A stretch of DNA of 64,000 nucleotides from a virus: the IMG/VR virus record IMGVR_UViG_3300030110_004304, positions 27,346-91,345 of that record, one strand, 5' to 3'. The notes beneath the pieces were generated by a model, which worked only from the letters and a program-made list of their open reading frames with translations, was not told where the DNA came from and ran no database searches. Positions 57,159 to 64,000 of this stretch are shown here, piece by piece. Every line of letters begins with the position of its first letter. The stretch's first letter is position 1. The translations under genes and the position numbers were made by a program.

Positions 57159-57773
57159 TTAACAGATTTCAAAACCTCCAGACAATTTACAAAATTTACT
57201 AAATTCTTGTACGTTTTCTAAATTTAGAGGATACGATTTCTTAAAGGATGGTCTCTTACCAGATCCCTCACAATGTTTACATTCTTGTATGCTATCGTCT
57301 TCTATAACATTCCAATTTAAATCCATTGTACCTTTTAAGCTTCTTTTTCCTTTACCTTCACAAACATGACAATCTTCATCTTCTAGAGAATCTAAATGAC
57401 ATGTGTAATTAGTTATGTACTCTTGAACCTTACCGTTCTTAATAGCATCTTCTAAATTTAAATGCATATCTAAGGCTTTATCAACATCTATTCTGTGGCC
57501 ACTGTTAAAGCTACCTTCTTCCATATCTTGAGGAGATAAAGTATCTTCACAGAAATGGCATACCAATTCCCACAAAGGCCTCCACCACCATACATTATTT
57601 CTAAAGTATGTTCCTGGATTATCCTCTCGCCATTCTTGATACTCACTGTGATAAGCATCTTTTTCCTTATCTGTTAATTTGCCATATTCTTCTCCCCAAT
57701 TACTATCTACTTTTTTAAGTAATTCAGGCTTTTCTGTCTCTTTTGGTGCTATACCATATAAATCAAATCCCAT
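57159..57773 (-). CDS. Phage protein with a DnaJ-type zinc finger
   Basis: CHVCEGKG and CKHCEGSG; MGFDLYG...YFRNNVWWWRPLW...SGGFEIC. Confidence 0.7.
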   Translation of the reverse strand: MGFDLYGIAPKETEKPELLKKVDSNWGEEYGKLTDKEKDAYHSEYQEWREDNPGTYFRNNVWWWRPLWELVCHFCEDTLSPQDMEEGSFNSGHRIDVDKALDMHLNLEDAIKNGKVQEYITNYTCHLDSLEDEDCHVCEGKGKRSLKGTMDLNWNVIEDDSIQECKHCEGSGKRPSFKKSYPLNLENVQEFSKFCKLSGGFEIC

Positions 57774-57872
57774 AATTTTTAATTTTTTATTATTTATAAA
57801 GTTCTCTAGCTACTAAAAAACCAGTTATAAATTGAATTATACATACTATTGTTACTGTCCATATATAAATAG

Positions 57873-58133
57873 TTAATCCCACGTTCCCTCCAATCTCACT
57901 CCAAACTCTATTTCCCTGGACGCTTTTTCAAAATCTTCGTGTTGATAGTGATAATATAGATTTTCATATTGATCTACATCTTTCTCATAACATTGTACTC
58001 CGAAGTTTTCTGTTATCAGCTTAGCTATATGTTCGTTATCATTAGTTTTATAATCTCTACTAATTACTCTAATATATAACCCAATGTCCTCTGTTTTTAC
58101 AGTAGGTAATGTTTTTGTTTTGCTATCACTCAT
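57873..58133 (-). CDS. Hypothetical protein
   Basis: 86-aa ORF on the operon strand. Confidence 0.6.
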   Translation of the reverse strand: MSDSKTKTLPTVKTEDIGLYIRVISRDYKTNDNEHIAKLITENFGVQCYEKDVDQYENLYYHYQHEDFEKASREIEFGVRLEGTWD

Positions 58134-58225
58134 ATTCTAATTATTATATTACTATAAATACTATATCCATTTACGTTTTTTATGTAGTAACTGGACTTAT
58201 ATTTAAATTAACCTATTCTACGACT

Positions 58226-58273
58226 AAAAAAAAGAAAAAAAGGAACAGGAATACATAATAATATTCCTGTTCC
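58226..58273 (-). terminator. Intrinsic terminator
   Basis: 12-bp stem GGAACAGGAATA/TATTCCTGTTCC with a long U tract on the minus strand. Confidence 0.85.
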
Positions 58274-58285
58274 ATATATAATTGA

Positions 58286-58840
58286 TTATCCACCAATCGC
58301 ACTTGCAACAGCATCAGATGCAACAGAAGCACCAACAGCACTAGCTCTTTGAGTTCCCTCGAAGAAATAATGTTGAGGTTCTCCAGCTACAACAGTAGCG
58401 TTCATGAAGATATGATGACCATCTTTAGTCAAAATATATTCTCCATCAGCTCCTGCTTTCTTAGCAGTAGACTCTAAGTTAGCAACTTGCCACTCAGTAC
58501 CTTCAGTTGTTTCAGTAATCTGAATGTTTAAAGGCTGACCGTCAAGACTAGGACTTAACTTATTGATTTCCATAGTATCACCTACTTCTTTCAATGAAGA
58601 AAAATCTATACCTAACTTCTCAGACGCATCGTTTGGCTCAACAGAAATCCAAGCATATCTTGGCTTTCCAGTTTGAGTAAACCTCGAATCCGAAGCATTT
58701 AACAGTCCTACAATAGACGATGGTCTAACATTAGGATTCTTTATTTTTTGTGCAAAACACAGTTGTAGCTTACCACCGTTTACTTTTCTAGCAGATGCTA
58801 ACAACATTTCTCCAACTTCTAAATTTTCAATTGTTTTCAT
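58286..58840 (-). CDS. Hypothetical early protein with its own terminator
   Basis: 184 aa; Ala-rich tail; flanked by a structured leader and a terminator. Confidence 0.75.
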   Translation of the reverse strand: MKTIENLEVGEMLLASARKVNGGKLQLCFAQKIKNPNVRPSSIVGLLNASDSRFTQTGKPRYAWISVEPNDASEKLGIDFSSLKEVGDTMEINKLSPSLDGQPLNIQITETTEGTEWQVANLESTAKKAGADGEYILTKDGHHIFMNATVVAGEPQHYFFEGTQRASAVGASVASDAVASAIGG

Positions 58841-59031
58841 TTTATGATTTTTTAAATGATTATTTTGATTTATTTTATGCTCTTAGAAATGGGAACAGAT
58901 TTATCATTACAGTATATATACATCGGATCCTACGCATCTAGCGTTTCAGTATTGTTTTATCCGTGATAATTGGTAATAGTAAAAATCTTATTGTTAACGA
59001 TAAGAGCGTCGTACGTTAACTCCCAATAAGT

Positions 59032-59139
59032 TTAATTTTTAGGGTTTCTAAGTTGTTTTATTAATGCATATAATTTTACATTAACATTGTCCCAGTACTT
59101 CATCCAGTCTGGGTTAGTTTTTTTATTCTTTGTTTTCAT
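59032..59139 (-). CDS. 35-aa basic peptide (not in ORF track)
   Basis: MKTKNKKTNPDWMKYWDNVNVKLYALIKQLRNPKN*. Confidence 0.4.
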   Translation of the reverse strand: MKTKNKKTNPDWMKYWDNVNVKLYALIKQLRNPKN

Positions 59140-59151
59140 ATTAATAAGGTT

Positions 59152-59203
59152 AAAAAAGAATGGGTTACCGTTAAGGGAAAAATTTAACAGTAACCCAGTT
59201 CTT
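59152..59203 (-). terminator. Intrinsic terminator
   Basis: TGGGTTAC.GTTAA/TTAAC.GTAACCCA stem followed by a U tract on the minus strand. Confidence 0.7.
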
Positions 59204-59243
59204 ACCTATTATTGACATGATAAAGGCCATGTCACCTGTCTTT

Positions 59244-59645
59244 TTAGTAACCTAAATCCTTTAGGTCAACTTCGTGAAATTTTATTTGATTATTATTACT
59301 AGGATTGTCACAAGTATTATTTATTAATAAACTTCTAGTAGACTTATCATAAATATAATCAATAAACTTTACTCCTTGTTTAAAGACAACTGCTCTACTA
59401 TTAAAATATATAGTATTGTCGTTTTCTTTAACTAATTCTACAGGAAAGTATATTGTTTCTCCAGGCCATTCTTGTACTAAGTAGCCATCTTCATACCACG
59501 TATGTAGTGAACCAGGTAATACATTGGTATATATGCTATCTGTACCATAATTATATGATATAGCATTAAAAGGAGCAGATACCTCTTGTGTAAAATAATT
59601 AAAGGAAATAAAGAAAAATAACACGAGAATTAGTGTTTTTTTCAT
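59244..59645 (-). CDS. Secreted hypothetical protein
   Basis: MKKTLILVLFFFISFNYFT-Q, a Bacteroidota-style signal peptide. Confidence 0.65.
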   Translation of the reverse strand: MKKTLILVLFFFISFNYFTQEVSAPFNAISYNYGTDSIYTNVLPGSLHTWYEDGYLVQEWPGETIYFPVELVKENDNTIYFNSRAVVFKQGVKFIDYIYDKSTRSLLINNTCDNPSNNNQIKFHEVDLKDLGY

Positions 59646-59655
59646 AATAAAAGTT

Positions 59656-59901
59656 TTAAATGATGTCTAAAATATCACCTTTTTTCGAGTCCATATTATC
59701 TATCTGAGTCAACCACATACTTTTCAGTAATGTCAATTTATAATAGGAAGGATATTCTGACTTATACAACTTAATAGCAAAGTACATCTCCATAGCTGTT
59801 TCGTTTGTTGTTACAAACGGCATAGCTTTAGATAGAATATTAAATTCTCTATCTCTTTTAGGACTGTTACCTCTGTTATTTTCTTTTCTTCTAGGTCTCA
59901 T
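59656..59901 (-). CDS. Hypothetical protein
   Basis: Coupled ORF. Confidence 0.55.
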   Translation of the reverse strand: MRPRRKENNRGNSPKRDREFNILSKAMPFVTTNETAMEMYFAIKLYKSEYPSYYKLTLLKSMWLTQIDNMDSKKGDILDII

Positions 59902-60083
59902 TATACTGTAGATCCTTTTAGCTTTCCCTCTAAGTTAAGAATTTCTTTTGATATTCTTTTCTTATCAGTATCATTTAATGGTGTTTCAGTTGACTTACTT
60001 TTAACTCCACTTTCGATTTGTGCTTTTAATCTTTCTAAAGCACGCTTTTGGCGTTCACGCCTTTTGATTCTATTTCGCTTCAT
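59901..60083 (-). CDS. Small basic protein
   Basis: RQKRALERL...G.K...RI.KEI.NL. Confidence 0.65.
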   Translation of the reverse strand: MKRNRIKRRERQKRALERLKAQIESGVKSKSTETPLNDTDKKRISKEILNLEGKLKGSTV

Positions 60084-60097
60084 TGTTATAGTTTTAT

Positions 60098-60120
60098 AAA
60101 GGGAGCACTACACTCCCTTT
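60098..60120. terminator. Hairpin / possible terminator
   Basis: AAAGGGAG-CACTACA-CTCCCTTT. Confidence 0.5.
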
Positions 60121-60124
60121 GGAT

Positions 60125-60565
60125 TTAATAATGTCGATGACATGGATAATAATTCTTGCTTTGTTTCTTATTAATTTTACGGTTAATATAACCTTGTAAA
60201 AGTAAGAAACCAACAGAACTTATCGCTCCACCGATTAAGATATTCTTGTTTGATTGCATTAACATATTATATGTTTCTAACTTCTCACCTTGCATATAAG
60301 GTTCACGGATACCATATTGGCTTTTCCATTGAGCATCCCTGATAGTAACAGTGACCATTGCCGCAGGCAATGATGCTAATCCTACATAACCTGATAAGTT
60401 ATGATGAGGTTTATAGATATAATAGTTATTGTTCTTTTGAGCGTCAGATTTTATACAAATGATCATAAATGCTATAAATAATATAGACACATAAATCCAT
60501 TGTAATAAATCCCAATACCAACCCTTTTGCCTAAGTCTGTCTATGAATCTTTCCTTATTTCTCAT
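60125..60565 (-). CDS. Membrane protein
   Basis: Three hydrophobic segments. Confidence 0.6.
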   Translation of the reverse strand: MRNKERFIDRLRQKGWYWDLLQWIYVSILFIAFMIICIKSDAQKNNNYYIYKPHHNLSGYVGLASLPAAMVTVTIRDAQWKSQYGIREPYMQGEKLETYNMLMQSNKNILIGGAISSVGFLLLQGYINRKINKKQSKNYYPCHRHY

Positions 60566-60963
60566 GGCGTAGATTCATGTTGGTTATAATATTGTAAAGA
60601 CAAACTACTATGAATGTCTTTTAACTCTCTTATTTCTTGTTCTAAGCTATTCTTATAAACATTGCCTATTTCTGAAGGTATATTACCTTCTGATATATCC
60701 CATAAAAGGACTTCATAAGCATCTTCACTATCATCTATAGCGAATGCGATATCTTTTAAAATACCTTTAGTTATAATTAATCCAGAATCACTTACAACTT
60801 GTACTTTAGCTGGATGATACAATTCAGCACCAATCCCTGTTTTACTAACAGTACAACTAGTAGATAAAGTAATAACACCTGTTATTACTGCTGTCCACAC
60901 AAGTAGTGTAAACAAAACTTTAACCATGTCTCCATGACTAAAGAGGCTTTTTATTTTTTTCAT
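60562..60963 (-). CDS. Membrane protein / lipoprotein
   Basis: Hydrophobic helix followed by LSTSC. Confidence 0.6.
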   Translation of the reverse strand: MKKIKSLFSHGDMVKVLFTLLVWTAVITGVITLSTSCTVSKTGIGAELYHPAKVQVVSDSGLIITKGILKDIAFAIDDSEDAYEVLLWDISEGNIPSEIGNVYKNSLEQEIRELKDIHSSLSLQYYNQHESTP

Positions 60964-60983
60964 AAGTTCTGAGGTTTATAAAA

Positions 60984-61562
60984 TTATTGATAAGTATAAT
61001 GTCCTACTATTCTAGCACTAAATAGAAAATCGTCAATATTCTGACCACTCCCTATATTATGTACTACCAAGTAACGTTTACCATCACTTGATTTTCTATC
61101 CACAACCAATCCAACATGATCTAATGTTCCCAGCTTCCAACATACGATGTCACCAGGCTTATAATCATTAGGATTTGTAGTAATAGGTAAGACTTTACCT
61201 TTTCTTTTAAAAAATACGTGCATATTTGATACTCTTCTGTGATCTATGTCAGTATTTGGTCGTTTTACCTTCCAGTACTTATCAACATTGGCTTTAATAT
61301 CTAAATGCATGTCTTTTTGTAAATCTATACCAACTTTTCGATATGCTCTAATGATAACATCAGTGCATACTCCTATGTGAGGTGGTACATCCCCATTAGG
61401 ATAGTCTATTTTTCTATACGAACCATCATAAACAACATAATCGTGGCTTATGAGGATACCAGCATTAGATAGTTTCTCTGAGAAACCCTGTGCTGTTGTT
61501 ATTATAGTCAAACACAAGCTTAGTATAATTAGCAGTGCAGACTTCTTCATTATTTGTTTCAT
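60984..61562 (-). CDS. DUF1287 (YijF-like) secreted NlpC/P60-superfamily protein
   Basis: Signal peptide; YDGSY..I.YPNGDVP..GVCTDVIIRAYR, IDHRRV, PGDIV.W, HVG.V, VHNIG.G. Confidence 0.9.
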   Translation of the reverse strand: MKQIMKKSALLIILSLCLTIITTAQGFSEKLSNAGILISHDYVVYDGSYRKIDYPNGDVPPHIGVCTDVIIRAYRKVGIDLQKDMHLDIKANVDKYWKVKRPNTDIDHRRVSNMHVFFKRKGKVLPITTNPNDYKPGDIVCWKLGTLDHVGLVVDRKSSDGKRYLVVHNIGSGQNIDDFLFSARIVGHYTYQ

Positions 61563-61588
61563 AATAGGTAAAAATGTTTAAACGTGTT

Positions 61589-61644
61589 AAAAAAAGAAAA
61601 AAAAGAAAAAGAACCCAACTACTATACTTCGTTAGGTTCTTTTC
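61589..61644 (-). terminator. Intrinsic terminator
   Basis: Minus strand GAAAAGAACCTAAC...GTTGGGTTCTTTT with a long U tract. Confidence 0.75.
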
Positions 61645-61683
61645 GACAGAAATGATAGCTTATATGCTACCTGATAGGCATCT

Positions 61684-61863
61684 TTAAGTGTTTTTATTTA
61701 TCTGTACAAATATTAAGAATACAGACGCAACAAAAACAGTAATAACAGCTCCAAAGAATACAGCAACAGGCCCAAATAAAAGGGAAAGCAACTCTACTCC
61801 AGTGGCTCCTACTATCGACACAACTAGTGTTAATAGTAAGAAATTTCTAAAATTCTTTTTCAT
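61684..61863 (-). CDS. 59-aa two-TM membrane protein (not in ORF track)
   Basis: MKKNFRNFLLLTLVVSIVGATGVELLSLLFGPVAVFFGAVITVFVASVFLIFVQIIKNT*; starts right after the upstream stop. Confidence 0.7.
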   Translation of the reverse strand: MKKNFRNFLLLTLVVSIVGATGVELLSLLFGPVAVFFGAVITVFVASVFLIFVQINKNT

Positions 61864-61864
61864 C

Positions 61865-62062
61865 TTAAACTGTTTCAGGATTATAGTAAATCTTAGTCAA
61901 TTCAATACGATAAACATAAAAAGGAATATGTATAATAAATTCATGTTTAGATTTCTCTCCATTTCGATATGTAAACGATTCATAGCCAAAAGACAAACCA
62001 AAGGCTTTAATCTTTTCACCATAAGAGTTCCATTGTCTTTTAATACAAGTTAATTTTTTCAT
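61865..62062 (-). CDS. Hypothetical protein
   Basis: 65 aa, A-rich start context. Confidence 0.6.
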   Translation of the reverse strand: MKKLTCIKRQWNSYGEKIKAFGLSFGYESFTYRNGEKSKHEFIIHIPFYVYRIELTKIYYNPETV

Positions 62063-62724
62063 AATTGATAAATATTTAAGTTAATAATAGGTAAGGAAAA
62101 ATTTAGGACTGTTTTTTATGATTAAACAGTCCCATTACTGTTTTTACTCTTTTTATACAGGTCAGAGTCTTAGAACCTAGGATATCTTTAGTGTATCATT
62201 GTACTGTCTGGTAATTAGAAGGTCCAGACTACCTTTAAAGAGTTTGTATAAGAAGTAAGAGTGCAGACTCCAGGATTTTACCCACTATTTTCGCTGGTGG
62301 TTACCCTACCAATGTCTTAAGCTATTGATGCTGCCGTTTGTTTTCGTTAGAGTTAATTTATTATGACTCTTACTTCTTTGCCCATAACTGAGACTTCTCT
62401 CATAATGTTATGGGACTAGTATTTTTTGTAAGTCTCACCGATTTCCTTACACACTTTCACTAATAATAGCTCGTACCACACAGGTGTGGGAAAGTTAATT
62501 TGCATTGTAAGTAACAACTTTTACTTGGTCATGTATGCCACCATTAGTGATTGTTGATCACGTCTATCATCTTTAATATTTGTTGAAGCGAGGTGCCAGG
62601 CAAAGACCTGCAGGATTTTGGGCATCCAGCTCTTTCACAAGCTGTCATCCCCCACTTCAATTCGATAAGACACAAATGGGACTATAGTGATCAATTATAG
62701 AGGCATTCGTGTCCTTTAATTTGT

Positions 62725-62826
62725 TACTAGTGATGAGATTCGAACTCATACTCGTGGACTTCTGTACGTAACCACGCTCCGCGTTGCTGAGCACCATTAC
62801 CTAGGTAGTACTCAGTTGCCACTAGT
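62725..62826 (-). ncRNA. tRNA-like element (non-canonical)
   Basis: Perfect 7-bp acceptor ACTAGTG/CACTAGT stacked on T-arm ATGAG-TTCGAAT-CTCAT; enlarged D-region hairpin; 14-nt loop on stem CGTGG/CCACG; no encoded CCA. Confidence 0.7.
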
Positions 62827-63168
62827 TAATTATATCAATTAGCCAAGCTTGCCCTCTTGTTGCGTTGTTTAACGACCAGATAGCTACCAGGTCCGGCAAC
62901 GTTGCCAGACACTTTTTCCTGAACTTAGATGAAATGGAGACTCATTGCACCACAATCATCCAGTGGTATGTACTTCAGTGTGCTGAACAACTTACTTGGC
63001 TAATAATTACTTATATCTGCAAGGTTCTAATCCTTGAAATGTATCCCGGTGTAGGATTTTCAATTGGTGCTATACCATACCTTTTCCTTAAGGGCTGAAT
63101 TTTAATCTAATGTCCAGTGTTAGTGGATAATAGAACCGTGTCAAAGGGTAACAATGCTATTGCACAGA

Positions 63169-63384
63169 TAATAAGTTTAAGCAGAGCAAACTCGTCAGTT
63201 TAATACTCTCAGAGGTTTAGTTAGCTAAACATGTAGTATGAACCCTACTTAGATAATAAGTTTGCAGGTCACATGGAGCTCAAGAGTGGTCTTAACACGC
63301 ATTACGAGGAGCTACCTCAACTTGAATATTTATCAGAATCCTGTCTTTATAATTTCTGTTGGACCCCATGTGATTAATAAGTTT
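63169..63384 (-). repeat. Three copies of TAATAAGTTT (minus strand AAACTTATTA)
   Basis: Exact 10-mers at 63169-63178, 63254-63263 and 63375-63384. Confidence 0.75.
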
Positions 63385-63625
63385 AAGCTATAAATATAAT
63401 AAAAAGGAACTAATCAGCTTGTACTCCCACAAGCTAATTAGTGTTGTTAAGGCCTAGAAAAGGCTTAAGCGTTTTCGTTAACTAACCACGAGATAGTGGT
63501 GATAACTCCAAAATGATTGATGTATCTTTTCATTTCTTCACAGTATTAAAAGGTTATTGCAATAAATTCTACTGTATTGCGTCAGTATGCATACGAAAGC
63601 GTTACCTCCAAGAGGAGTTCTAGCA

Positions 63626-63910
63626 TTACGCTAGAACTGCTTGGAAGAACCCGTCCTCATCGGCATCACCGATGAACTTAACCTGACCAGTTACATCCTG
63701 ACCCGCGGTTAGCTGAGCTTCAGCATCAGCAAGGCTCACGCCTCTGTTAAGAGACATACCTCCAGTAAAGGTCTGGTCTTTCAAACCACCGAACGCAGTG
63801 GTAACTTGTTGGATACACACCCAAACTCTAGGCCCCTTAGTGCCTGTTGGCTGATCGTTCTCATAGATTTCAGACTCATACTCTGTTAAAGATTTAATTA
63901 AATATTTCAT
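63626..63910 (-). CDS. Hypothetical early protein
   Basis: 94-aa ORF, A-rich start context, protein-like composition. Confidence 0.7.
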   Translation of the reverse strand: MKYLIKSLTEYESEIYENDQPTGTKGPRVWVCIQQVTTAFGGLKDQTFTGGMSLNRGVSLADAEAQLTAGQDVTGQVKFIGDADEDGFFQAVLA

Positions 63911-64000
63911 AATAATAGGATTTACACGGGGACGACGTTGCCCACGCAGAATTTAGGAAGGGTCGATGATCTTGGTACTCTCAGCGTGTGTATTCTCTTT

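Larger units (their letters stand above)
62100..63620 (-). ncRNA. Candidate large structured ncRNA or array of structured RNAs
   Basis: No credible ORF over ~1.5 kb; consecutive domains closed by 7-12-bp inverted repeats, with G-U pairs favouring the minus strand. Confidence 0.6.

Noticed and set aside
61688-62053. + strand 121-aa ORF
   Set aside because: Antisense shadow of two real minus-strand genes.
62725-62826. Functional decoding tRNA or tmRNA
   Set aside because: No 7-nt anticodon loop or standard D-arm, and no G3-U70 alanine acceptor or tag ORF.
62865-63098. + strand 77-aa ORF
   Set aside because: Non-ATG start, opposite to local transcription, unprotein-like composition, and it overlaps the structured domains.
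63185-63205. Hammerhead ribozyme (minus-strand CTGACGA)
   Set aside because: No GAAA core after a stem II; better explained as an AAACT-GACG-AGTTT hairpin.
63169-63384. CRISPR or mini-CRISPR array
   Set aside because: Repeats are only 10-14 nt, spacing is irregular and long, and there are no cas genes.
57860-63400. TATAAATA copies as T4-like late promoters
   Set aside because: Wrong orientation for the local genes and expected by chance in AT-rich DNA.
215-63910. Stop-codon reassignment (TAG or TGA), as in some crAss-like phages
   Set aside because: All long genes are intact in the standard code, and TAG and TGA act as real stops (e.g. 18306, 38724).
1-64000. Diversity-generating retroelement, integrase or transposase
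   Set aside because: No reverse transcriptase, recombinase or TR/VR pair recognised in this window.

Overview
This 64-kb window is a segment of an AT-rich, standard-code Crassvirales-like (crAss-like) dsDNA phage. The host is probably Bacteroidota, since genes lack Shine-Dalgarno sites and have A-rich start contexts. The + strand (1 to ~36.9 kb) is the virion/late block: the end of an FN3-domain gene, a tail stabilisation protein, two large mosaic cargo-like proteins punctuated by about 25 copies of a short motif ending in Gly-Gly, a 1086-aa cargo protein, a 4210-aa virion RNA polymerase polyprotein (DFDID motif, zincin, C-terminal SLOG-like domain), a 1719-aa protein with a PD-(D/E)xK domain, and membrane proteins. 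The - strand (36.8-63.9 kb) is the replication/early block: Ung, an SPL-like radical SAM enzyme, a RecE-like nuclease, RusA, rIIB/rIIA, primase, SSB, a Sak4-like ATPase, DnaB, an SF2 helicase, PolA, and small secreted or membrane proteins. The two strongest candidates for undescribed biology are (1) GG-delimited cargo polyproteins carrying zincin, NlpC/P60, GH108-like and toxin-like cassettes, and (2) a ~1.5-kb, essentially non-coding, densely base-paired RNA array (62.1-63.6 kb) with repeated linkers and an aberrant tRNA-like element. All family calls come from motif recognition by eye; no database search was run.
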